From IMG/VR virus record IMGVR_UViG_3300027861_000005: a stretch of DNA of 48,453 nucleotides. One strand, given 5' to 3'. Made by a program: the position numbers and the translations under genes. Of the stretch, positions 31,716-40,213 are shown in pieces (the stretch's first letter is position 1; every line of letters begins with the position of its first letter). The notes beneath the pieces were generated by a model. The model was not told the DNA's origin and did no database searches. It was given only the letters and a program-made list of their open reading frames with translations. The DNA is from a virus.

Positions 31716-31898
31716 ATGCTAGTTTTGTCACGAAAGATTAACCAAAAAATTATAATTAACGATGACATTGTCGTTACAATAGTAAATATAAAAGGCGATC
31801 AAGTGAAACTTGGCATCAAAGCACCAAGTGACATTACTGTATATCGCGAAGAAGTTTATAAAGCGATCTTAAAGGAAATGGAGGACATAAATAAATGA
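31716..31898 (+). CDS. csrA: CsrA-family RNA-binding translational regulator
   Basis: [51 protein letters not shown] aligns along its whole length with E. coli CsrA [57 protein letters not shown] lies 5 nt upstream. Confidence 0.85.
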   Translation: MLVLSRKINQKIIINDDIVVTIVNIKGDQVKLGIKAPSDITVYREEVYKAILKEMEDINK

Positions 31899-32566
31899 GT
31901 TTACAATTGCTAAGCACAAATACAGTTACGCCTGTTAGTCATTGCTTGATATACGGTCCAGCTAAGTCAGGCAAAACACGATTGATCCCCACAGCACCTC
32001 AACCGGTGATTTGCTCGTCTGACGCAGGGTTGGCTTCCATACGTGAACATAATCTACCTTTCCACGAAGTTCAAACGTACAGCGATTACCTTGTTTTCGA
32101 ACAAGCGGCAACAAAAGGCGAACTTAACGGGTTTGAAACGGTAGCTATTGACGATCTAACTGAGATTGCCTATTTGTTCATTCAGGAAGAAAGACCGAAG
32201 CACAAGAATTTGATGCAGGCTTATGGTGCATTGAATGATGAAATGATGCGAGTTATTCGCTTTTGGCGAAATCAATCGGCGTTTACCGCTGTTATCATCT
32301 GTAAACAAGAAAGGATAAAAGATGAATCCACCGGAGGATTAATTTATGCCCCCATGATTCCGGGTAAAGCGGTCGCGCCGCAGTTACCTTATTTGTTTGG
32401 ATCTGTGTATCATACTGAGGAATGGACCGATCCGACTACGCAAGCAGTGCATGAAGTTGTGCGGTGTAAACGAAATGCACAGTATGACGCAGGTGATCGT
32501 TCGGGAAAACTGAACGAAATTGAGTTTGCGAATCTCAAGGACATTTTTGCCAAAGTGCTGTCATGA
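31895..32566 (+). CDS. Sak4-like RecA-family ssDNA-annealing ATPase (AAA_24)
   Basis: Walker A GPAKSGKT and Walker B VAIDDL. 223 aa, followed by a DUF669-type SSB as in known Sak4 modules. Confidence 0.75.
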   Translation: MSLQLLSTNTVTPVSHCLIYGPAKSGKTRLIPTAPQPVICSSDAGLASIREHNLPFHEVQTYSDYLVFEQAATKGELNGFETVAIDDLTEIAYLFIQEERPKHKNLMQAYGALNDEMMRVIRFWRNQSAFTAVIICKQERIKDESTGGLIYAPMIPGKAVAPQLPYLFGSVYHTEEWTDPTTQAVHEVVRCKRNAQYDAGDRSGKLNEIEFANLKDIFAKVLS

Positions 32567-32775
32567 GTAAAAATGTGCATCAAAAGCTTTTCAATTGGTC
32601 ATATCGCGCAGGGGATGAAAATGATCTCAAGTGTAATGTCTGCGAAGATAAAATGTTGATTGATTGTCCGAATTGTGATGGCACAAGTCTAATAAACATT
32701 GGTGGCGGTGAAAAGGATCATTGCCCTTGTTGCGAAAACATAAAGGGTAAGGTTCTTTGCCCGGAATGTAACTAA
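32563..32775 (+). CDS. DnaJ-type CxxCxG zinc-finger mini-protein
   Basis: CNVCED...CPNCDG...CPCCEN...CPEC. Confidence 0.65.
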   Translation: MSKNVHQKLFNWSYRAGDENDLKCNVCEDKMLIDCPNCDGTSLINIGGGEKDHCPCCENIKGKVLCPECN

Positions 32776-32795
32776 CCTTTAAGAAAGTAATTATT

Positions 32796-33515
32796 ATGGT
32801 TCTGAATTTACCTGAAGCATTCGATCCGTCGCAAACAGCACCGTCAACCGGCAGCGCCGGTCAACTACCTGTGTCCGATGCGAAAGGTCATGTGGTTGTT
32901 ATTGTCAGCGGTGAAATGGTGCCAACCGCCGGTGGAAGTGGCACATTCTTGGCATTGACCTTGCGGGTTGTAGAAGGTGTGGCAACGGGCGCCGAAGGTG
33001 TGCATCGTCTAAATCTGCACAACCAATCGGCAGATGCTGTCAGAATTGCTTACTCTGAACTATCGGCAATCTGCCACGTTGTTGGCTGGTTGCAGCCATT
33101 GCAGGACGTGGAAGTGTTGTATAACAAACCCTTCCGTGTTGTGGTCGGAACACAAAAAGGCAAGGAAGCGGAAGGATACACAAGCGTTAAGAAAATCATG
33201 GATGTTCACGGAGCTAAGCCGGGCGAGCGGGCGGCAGGTGCAGCCACGGTTGCAGCACCAGCACCAGCACCAGCACCAGCACCAGCACCAGCACCAGCAC
33301 CAGCACCGGTTGCAGCACCGGTTGCAGGCGGATTTCCTGTGCAACCACCCGTGCCACCACCTGCTGCCGCTCCAGCAGTCGCTGCTGATCCTGTAGCGAT
33401 GCCTGTTGTTGAGAACGTGCCTTTTGCCGCACCTGTGGCACCAGCACCCGTAGCGGCACCTGTTGCACCGACTGCACCTGCGAACCCTGCCGCCGCGCCA
33501 TGGGCACAAGGCTAA
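32796..33515 (+). CDS. DUF669-like phage ssDNA-binding protein with an Ala/Pro-rich tail
   Basis: N-terminus MVLNLPEAFDPSQ...G.LPV.DAKGHVVVI is typical of DUF669 and it is adjacent to Sak4. The C-terminal (AP)n tail is low-complexity. Confidence 0.65.
   Translation: MVLNLPEAFDPSQTAPSTGSAGQLPVSDAKGHVVVIVSGEMVPTAGGSGTFLALTLRVVEGVATGAEGVHRLNLHNQSADAVRIAYSELSAICHVVGWLQPLQDVEVLYNKPFRVVVGTQKGKEAEGYTSVKKIMDVHGAKPGERAAGAATVAAPAPAPAPAPAPAPAPAPVAAPVAGGFPVQPPVPPPAAAPAVAADPVAMPVVENVPFAAPVAPAPVAAPVAPTAPANPAAAPWAQG
33255..33302. repeat. (GCACCA)8 in-frame hexanucleotide repeat encoding (AP)8
   Basis: Counted directly. It generates spurious ORFs in other frames and on the opposite strand. Confidence 0.95.
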
Positions 33516-33583
33516 TCGATCCCTTGTCGGGGTGACCGGCTAACGATGGTGCCCCCTTACATTATTGTTAGTCGGTCATTTTT

Positions 33584-33811
33584 ATGCTTAACGACAACGA
33601 CTTCGATTGTCCCATTTGTCTCAACGTAGGTGAGTTGCATTGTCAAAATTGTTTAGGGGACGGTTGCGACAAATGCACGCAAGGGTATGTGATGTGCCCT
33701 GCTTGCCTTGGCTTTTCCAGATTAAGAATCGACTGCAATGACACCCAGTCATCAAGTAGTGAACTCAGATTGCAGGACATTCTTGAGCGGACCTTTCTGC
33801 CCGACTTTTGA
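33584..33811 (+). CDS. Second CxxC zinc-finger mini-protein
   Basis: CPICLN...CQNCLGDGCDKC...CPAC. Its 3' end overlaps the methyltransferase ORF by 74 nt. Confidence 0.55.
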   Translation: MLNDNDFDCPICLNVGELHCQNCLGDGCDKCTQGYVMCPACLGFSRLRIDCNDTQSSSSELRLQDILERTFLPDF

Positions 33812-34541
33812 TTTTCTCATCGCAGATCCACCGTTCAACATCGGGCAGTCATATCAGGATTATGATGACAACATGCCCACACATGAGTACAGGCAGTTCT
33901 GTATCGAGTGGATCATCGCCAGTTGGAACAAACTCAAACCCGGTGCCGTCATGGTGCTGCATGGATCTATCAAGGTAAGCCGTGAGATCTTGCGAGCATT
34001 ATTCCAAACTCAGTTGGATGATTTCATCGAAACAGAGATTTGTTGGGCGTACAACTTTGGCCAATGCAATTTCAACAACTGGATTGAAACACACTGCCGG
34101 GCGATCGTGTTGAGGAAGCCGGGCAAAGATAAGAAATGGTATGTTGAAAAGGTCATGACTCCTTCTAAACGTCTGCTGATGGGTGACAAGCGAGTAAGCA
34201 CGTCACGATACAAAGGAATGGTTCCGTTCGGATCAGTGTGGGGAATTAAGACCGAAGATCAAGTTGCCTTGGAACCGATGGAAGGCGAACAAAATTGGGG
34301 CAGAGTACAAGGCAACAACAAAGAGCGTCGGCACGGTCACCCGAACCAACTACCGGAAGTTTACATCGAACGATTCTACAATGCGTACACACAACCCGGC
34401 GACATTATCTACGTTGTATTTGGCGGCAGCGGTACGGAGATCGCTGTTGCTAAACGCATGGGTAGATCAGCCATTGCTACTGAAGTGAGTCCTTGGGCTT
34501 GCGAATCTATTAAGGGGAGATTGAATGACGTCAACGTATGA
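33738..34541 (+). CDS. DNA methyltransferase (N6-adenine/N4-cytosine, beta-class motif order)
   Basis: ADPPFN (motif IV) near the N-terminus and VFGGSGT (motif I, FxGxG) near the C-terminus. No adjacent restriction gene. Confidence 0.8.
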   Translation: MTPSHQVVNSDCRTFLSGPFCPTFDFLIADPPFNIGQSYQDYDDNMPTHEYRQFCIEWIIASWNKLKPGAVMVLHGSIKVSREILRALFQTQLDDFIETEICWAYNFGQCNFNNWIETHCRAIVLRKPGKDKKWYVEKVMTPSKRLLMGDKRVSTSRYKGMVPFGSVWGIKTEDQVALEPMEGEQNWGRVQGNNKERRHGHPNQLPEVYIERFYNAYTQPGDIIYVVFGGSGTEIAVAKRMGRSAIATEVSPWACESIKGRLNDVNV

Positions 34542-35424
34542 AACAGATATTTTGATTCGCGAAAAGATTGCCGAGTCACTGGAAGTCGAGATTGACGATT
34601 ATTGCGAAAGCATCGTCGATGCTGACAACCGCACCCGGTTGGGTTCGAGCCAGATAGGCAAGTCATGCAGCCGCGAGATTTGGTATGGCTTTCGATGGGC
34701 GAAGAAACCAGTGCTTGGCACCGCGACACGACCAGCCGGTAGAGTTGCTCGGTTGTTCAATCGAGGGCATCGCGAGGAACCGGCGTTGATAAAATATCTT
34801 GAAGCAATTGGCTGCAAATTCATCGCGCCGCCAGACGGCAGAGACCAGCATCCGTTTTCCTCTTGCGAAGAACACGCAGGCACCGAGGTTGATGGTATTG
34901 GTTACCTTCCGCCCAAGTTTGGGGTAGATGAAAAAGTGCTGTTCGAATTCAAGACGGCAAATATGAATTACTTCAATCGGATGAAGAAACACGGCATCCA
35001 AAACGAACAGCCGAAGTATTGGGCACAAGTCAACTTTGCTGGTTTGCTGGCAGGTTTGAAGTACGTTTGTTTCGTCGTCGTAAGCAAGAACGATGACGAC
35101 ATTCACATTGAGTTTCACAAACTCGATCCAGACTACGGCGAAATGTTGATTGACAAAGCGATGCACATTATCAGTGCTGTCGAGCCCCCGACAAAGATAG
35201 CTCTATCTGTTACCAACTTCGCCTGCAAGTTTTGCAACTTCAAGGATATCTGCCATCACGACGAACCGGTAGAAAAAAATTGCCGTAGTTGTAAACATGC
35301 CACACCAGCAGCAGGCGGCAAATGGGCCTGTTGTAACCCAGCTTTTGAAAACGGCGCAACTGGTATGGAGATCCCTGCCGACGTTATTCCACTGGGTTGC
35401 CCACACCATGAAGGGGTTGACTGA
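34525..35424 (+). CDS. PD-(D/E)xK exonuclease, Cas4/RecB-like, with a C-terminal Cys cluster
   Basis: EVDGIGY...LFEFKTAN core. C-terminal CKFCNFKDIC...CRSCKH...CC. Confidence 0.65.
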   Translation: MTSTYETDILIREKIAESLEVEIDDYCESIVDADNRTRLGSSQIGKSCSREIWYGFRWAKKPVLGTATRPAGRVARLFNRGHREEPALIKYLEAIGCKFIAPPDGRDQHPFSSCEEHAGTEVDGIGYLPPKFGVDEKVLFEFKTANMNYFNRMKKHGIQNEQPKYWAQVNFAGLLAGLKYVCFVVVSKNDDDIHIEFHKLDPDYGEMLIDKAMHIISAVEPPTKIALSVTNFACKFCNFKDICHHDEPVEKNCRSCKHATPAAGGKWACCNPAFENGATGMEIPADVIPLGCPHHEGVD

Positions 35425-37100
35425 TGATCTATCCGAGATCTTATCAGTTGGAATGTGTGCAATCGGGATTCGACTATTTTGCAAACGGTGGAAAAGGGAA
35501 TCCTCTGTGGGCACTTCCGACTGGCACAGGCAAGTCAATCATCCCGCCTATGTTCATGCAGCGAGCGTTGCAACAGTGGCCTGATCAACGATTTCTTTTG
35601 TTGACTCACGTTAAGGAATTGATTCAACAGAACCACAAGGCACTGTTGAATGTTTGGCCAACTGCGCCCGTTTCGTTGTACTCTGCGGGTCTTGGTGTCA
35701 AGGAAGGATACGCGCCAATTGTGTTGGGCGGAATCGGAAGCGTTGTTAACTCAATCAAAGACATTGGCAGACGCGATGTAATGTTCATCGACGAAGCACA
35801 TTTGTTGTCGCCAAATGACGATTCGATGTATCAACAGACGATAGCCGAACTAAAGACGTACAATCCCCACATGAAAGTCATCGGTTTGACCGCAACTCCG
35901 TTTCGCATGGGGCAAGGTAGGCTTACCGATCCTGTGTATAAGAACGGCAAAGACAATGCGCCTATCTTCAGTGACACAGCTTTCGATATCACCGGGGTTG
36001 ATGCGTTCAACCGACTGATAGACGAATACTACTTGTCGCCGCTGGTGCCCAAGTCGACCGAAAGTGTTATTGATGTTTCGGACGTTCGGCAACTCGCAAC
36101 CGACTTCAATCAAAAGCAACTCATTGAAGCTATTGACAAGCAGAACTTGACGGCAAGTGCGTTGCGTGAATCGTATGAGTTGTGCAGAGATCGCAAATCT
36201 TGGTTAGTTTTCGGCGCGGGTATCAAGAATTGTATGCAGATTGCAGAGATTCTAAACGCGATGGGTGTTGCAACAATTGCAGTTCATTCAAAGATGCCTG
36301 ACGATGAACGGAACAAAGCCATTGACGCATTCAAAGCAGGTCGATTCCGCGCGATCGTCAGCAACAACATCCTGACAACTGGATTTGATCACCCTGCAAT
36401 CGATGCGATAATAGATCTACGCCCGACGACTTCAATACCTCTGCATATTCAGAAGTACGGTCGTGGCACACGTCCACTATTTGCACCGTGGTACACGTTC
36501 GAGCATCTGCAACATTTACAGCATAGGAAAGATGCAGTTGAGGCTGGCGGCAAACGCAACTGTCTGGTGCTGGACTTCGCAGGCAACACGCCACGACTAG
36601 GACCGATTAACGATCCCCGCATACCAAACCGAAAGAAGTCTGACGGTGGTGGTGATGTACCAATCAAACTATGTCCTGAATGCGGTGCGTATCACCACAC
36701 GACTGCCAGAGTCTGCACTGAATGCGGGCATGAATTCATTTTCAAAACGAAGATCAAGCCAACGGCGTCGACTGATGAAATCATTGTGCGATCAGGTGTC
36801 AATGTCAAGTACATGAAGGTGAGCAAGCAGTATCCCTACATTCACAAGAAGACAGGCAAGCCAGACTCATTGAAGGTGGCGTACTGGTGCGGGATGCAGT
36901 TGCTGAATTGTTGGTTGTCGTTTGATGGAAAAGGCATAGCTAAACATCGTGCCCATGAATGGTGGCGGCAGCATCAAGGTGACGACATTCCTCAGTCAAC
37001 AGCGGAAGCATACAAGAGGTTTGGCGAATGTCGCCAGACAGGATCACTCAAGGTTGATTTGGGCGGCAAGTGGCCTGAAATCTTAGAATACTTATTTTGA
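35424..37100 (+). CDS. SF2 DEAD/DEAH-box helicase with a C-terminal zinc ribbon
   Basis: Walker A LPTGTGKS, DEAH box FIDEAHLL and a C-terminal CPECGAYHH...CTECGH. Confidence 0.85.
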   Translation: MIYPRSYQLECVQSGFDYFANGGKGNPLWALPTGTGKSIIPPMFMQRALQQWPDQRFLLLTHVKELIQQNHKALLNVWPTAPVSLYSAGLGVKEGYAPIVLGGIGSVVNSIKDIGRRDVMFIDEAHLLSPNDDSMYQQTIAELKTYNPHMKVIGLTATPFRMGQGRLTDPVYKNGKDNAPIFSDTAFDITGVDAFNRLIDEYYLSPLVPKSTESVIDVSDVRQLATDFNQKQLIEAIDKQNLTASALRESYELCRDRKSWLVFGAGIKNCMQIAEILNAMGVATIAVHSKMPDDERNKAIDAFKAGRFRAIVSNNILTTGFDHPAIDAIIDLRPTTSIPLHIQKYGRGTRPLFAPWYTFEHLQHLQHRKDAVEAGGKRNCLVLDFAGNTPRLGPINDPRIPNRKKSDGGGDVPIKLCPECGAYHHTTARVCTECGHEFIFKTKIKPTASTDEIIVRSGVNVKYMKVSKQYPYIHKKTGKPDSLKVAYWCGMQLLNCWLSFDGKGIAKHRAHEWWRQHQGDDIPQSTAEAYKRFGECRQTGSLKVDLGGKWPEILEYLF

Positions 37101-37183
37101 ACCGCGTCATTTCGTCCGACGTGTGGAGCATCGGCAGGTACGGCCAAATGTGCCTGTCGGTGCTATTTTGAAAGGTAAGGACG

Positions 37184-39151
37184 GTGCGTAGTTACGAAAA
37201 ACAAATCTACAGCAAGCCGCCGATGTTGTTTGCGACAGACGAAGAGATCGTTGCATTGTCCAAATCGGTTTGGATATTCGACATTGAGTTATTCGAAAAC
37301 TTTCTGCTGATTGCGTTCAAGTGCTACGACACAGGCCAGATTGTATTTTTCGAACAGTCGCCTGCCGCTAAGATCGACTTTCCCAAGTTGGCATGGATGA
37401 CGCAGAACCTGACGTTGGTTGGCTTCAACAGCAAGCATTACGACCAATTTATTCTGTGGGCAACTCTGGCAAATAAATGGACGGAAGAACTGAAAGCGAT
37501 TTCAGATTCAATCATTTACGGTGAAATGAAACAGAAAGAGATCGAATCGAAATTCAATTTCAAGTGTCGCCATTTTGATCACATTGACTTGCAACAAGTA
37601 GCACCGGCGGCAGCACAACAACTATCGCTCAAGCACTATGGCGCACGGATGCACTCCCACCGACTGCAAGAGTTGCCGCTGAATCACAATCATGCAGTCA
37701 GTGAAACGATGGCTAATGAGTTACGCAGCTACTGCATCAATGATCTCGACGTAACAGGCTTGCTCTACCACAAGTTGAAAACGCCAATCCAACTCCGAAC
37801 CGAAATGAGTACGTCATACAAGACGGACCTGCGGTCATCGTCAGATGCACAAATTGCAGAGAAGGCAATCGGTGCTGAGTTGCAGGCTATGACCGGCATC
37901 AAGCACAAGGCACCGGCAGTGCCGAAAGGCGAGACATTCCGGTTCAATCAGTTGGCGTATTTGGATTTTCAAACCCCAGTGCTTCGCGAGTTACGCGACA
38001 AGATTTACGAAACCGATTTCGTCATCACGACCGAGGGCAAGGTAGAGGTGCTGAGGGATGGCGAATCAATCAGTGCAAAGAATCTTTGGAAGGTGACGAT
38101 TAACAAAACGAAATACAAATTGGGCATCGGCGGATTGCATTCGGAAGAAAAGAAACGATCAATCTACACAGACGATACCAACTTCATTTTTGATCGTGAT
38201 GTAGCGAGCTACTACCCAGCAATCATCTTGAATCAGGGACTGTACCCACACCATATTGGACGCGGGTTTCTGGACGTTTACCGGGACATTTACGAACGAC
38301 GATTAGCAGCCAAGAAAGCAGGCGACAAGCAAACCTCAGAGTCATTAAAGATTTGCATTAACGGTTGCTTCGGAAAGTTGGGCTCGCGATGGTCAATCTT
38401 CTATTCGCCGCACCTTTTAGTCCAGGTGACTCTCAGTGGGCAGTTATCATTGTTGCTGCTAATTGAGTCGCTGGAATTGGCTGGAATACCCTGCATGAGT
38501 GCGAACACAGACGGTGTCGTGATTCTGTGCCCGAGAGACCGCCAGAGCGACTATCTGAGGGTGGTTGCTGAGTGGGAGAAGGCAACAGCATTCGTCACCG
38601 AGGAAACGCCTTATTTGAGCGTACACAGCCGCGACGTGAACAACTACATCGCGATCTGCATGGACGGTAAGGTGAAAGCCAAAGGTGTTTATGTTAACAG
38701 CCTGTCAATGGGTAATCCTGATCGTCAAAGCTTAATGAGCAACCCAACAGTTGCCATTTGCAGCGAAGCTGTTATGCGGTTCTTGCAAACTCACAATAAA
38801 CCGAATCCAACCACAATTGAGCAGACGATAAAATCATGCACTGACATTCGCAAATTCTTGTCAACTCGTCGCGTCAATGGCGGTGCGGTGCGTGACAAAG
38901 TTGATCTCGGCAAGGTGGTGCGATGGTACATCCGAAAGGATGACTATGGTGCCATCTATTACAAAAAGCCAAACGCCGCAGGATCAACAAACAAAGTTGC
39001 TGAGACAGACGGGGCTATGCCTTTGATGGAATTGCCAGAGAAGTTCCCCGATGATATCGACTACAGTTGGTACATCAGGCGAGCCCATTCCATCCTGAAA
39101 GATGTTGGGTACTATTGCCAAAACCAAGCGGAACAACTAACGCTATTCTGA
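37184..39151 (+). CDS. Family-B DNA polymerase with 3'-5' exonuclease domain
   Basis: Exo I FDIELFEN, Exo II NSKHYD, Exo III YCINDLD. Pol motif A DVASYYPAIIL, motif B KICINGCFGKLG, motif C NTDGVV. GTG start after TTGAAAGGTAAGGACG. Confidence 0.8.
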   Translation: MRSYEKQIYSKPPMLFATDEEIVALSKSVWIFDIELFENFLLIAFKCYDTGQIVFFEQSPAAKIDFPKLAWMTQNLTLVGFNSKHYDQFILWATLANKWTEELKAISDSIIYGEMKQKEIESKFNFKCRHFDHIDLQQVAPAAAQQLSLKHYGARMHSHRLQELPLNHNHAVSETMANELRSYCINDLDVTGLLYHKLKTPIQLRTEMSTSYKTDLRSSSDAQIAEKAIGAELQAMTGIKHKAPAVPKGETFRFNQLAYLDFQTPVLRELRDKIYETDFVITTEGKVEVLRDGESISAKNLWKVTINKTKYKLGIGGLHSEEKKRSIYTDDTNFIFDRDVASYYPAIILNQGLYPHHIGRGFLDVYRDIYERRLAAKKAGDKQTSESLKICINGCFGKLGSRWSIFYSPHLLVQVTLSGQLSLLLLIESLELAGIPCMSANTDGVVILCPRDRQSDYLRVVAEWEKATAFVTEETPYLSVHSRDVNNYIAICMDGKVKAKGVYVNSLSMGNPDRQSLMSNPTVAICSEAVMRFLQTHNKPNPTTIEQTIKSCTDIRKFLSTRRVNGGAVRDKVDLGKVVRWYIRKDDYGAIYYKKPNAAGSTNKVAETDGAMPLMELPEKFPDDIDYSWYIRRAHSILKDVGYYCQNQAEQLTLF

Positions 39152-40213
39152 GTCGTGAAACGCTGCAATGTCGTTTGCCGTTATTGTGCCGTGATTACCG
39201 TTGCCTGAAGAATCGTAGGCAACCGTACCACTAGCCTCATCCATGCGAAAATACGCCTCTAGTTTATTGGTGCCGGGGTCCGTACCTGATACACCCTCGC
39301 TGTTAAAATAAGTCACTTCACTAGCAAGCAATACTCGATCTTTGTAGATCCTATAATCTTTCATTCTTCCCAATAAACGGTAAGTGGAGGTGTTGGAATA
39401 ACCTTGTCCAAAACATCGTAAATGCAAAGGGTTCACAGTGTTTGAATCGTCTGCAACTTCTGTCCCGTCGATATACAACTTAACACTTGTTGCACTTCTA
39501 ACAACAGCGATATGGTGCCATAAACTAAACGCGGGGGCAGCAGTTGTTATTCCAACACCTGCGCTATAAGAATCATGACGCATCAACCATTGTGTACCTG
39601 TGTATCTAAGAACACCTCTATGGTCAGCAGCTACAGTTTGGTCAGGACTACCCAGCAAAGCAAATGTTGTATCTGCTGCTGTGTAATACCAAAATGAAAT
39701 TGAATAGTCGCCTGTTAATTCAATTACGGGGTGTTCAACAATATCGACGGCATTCTCGAAATTATAATATCGTTCAAAGTAATCAGGAGCAGGTAGACCT
39801 GCTTGCCGTCGCTTAAACAAAGTGTCCAAAGCCGTCTGTTCTGCCAAAGGCACAACTTCCAACTCAGCGGAAACAAAGAATGATTCGGACCCCGGTGAAC
39901 TACTTCTCAAGGTATCGGGAACAAAAGTGCAATCGTAATGTTGCGCGTCAGGTGTATCTAAAATCAATGCAGTTTGAAAAGTGGTTGTACCTTTACCCGC
40001 AACTGCAACATAAAATGCCATAAAGAAATCGAATTCAAATTTGTCTAATACCCATTCACAGGACACAACAGAAGTACCGCCGAATTGATCCAATCTACTT
40101 CTACTTTTACCCCCGTCCAAAGCAATAGTAATAACTCCGCTGGTCTTCTGATAAGAATAAGAAGACTTGTCGGGAAGCAACGGTAAAAATGTCAACGCTG
40201 TTTCGGCTACCAT
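39143..40213 (-). CDS. Tail-tip protein with a C-terminal LamG/concanavalin-like domain, a receptor-binding candidate
   Basis: Last gene of the tail operon. YSISFWYY...HIAVVRSATSVKLYIDGTEV...YRIYKDRVL is a LamG-type pattern. Confidence 0.6.
   Translation of the reverse strand: MVAETALTFLPLLPDKSSYSYQKTSGVITIALDGGKSRSRLDQFGGTSVVSCEWVLDKFEFDFFMAFYVAVAGKGTTTFQTALILDTPDAQHYDCTFVPDTLRSSSPGSESFFVSAELEVVPLAEQTALDTLFKRRQAGLPAPDYFERYYNFENAVDIVEHPVIELTGDYSISFWYYTAADTTFALLGSPDQTVAADHRGVLRYTGTQWLMRHDSYSAGVGITTAAPAFSLWHHIAVVRSATSVKLYIDGTEVADDSNTVNPLHLRCFGQGYSNTSTYRLLGRMKDYRIYKDRVLLASEVTYFNSEGVSGTDPGTNKLEAYFRMDEASGTVAYDSSGNGNHGTITANDIAAFHDSE

Noticed and set aside
33034-33509. ORFs 33034-33396 (+), 33060-33509 (-) and 33214-33507 (-) with HQHQHQ, CWCWCW or LVLVLV tracts
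   Set aside because: They are alternative-frame and antisense readings of the (GCACCA)8 repeat inside the SSB gene. The repetitive peptides are artefacts of the microsatellite.
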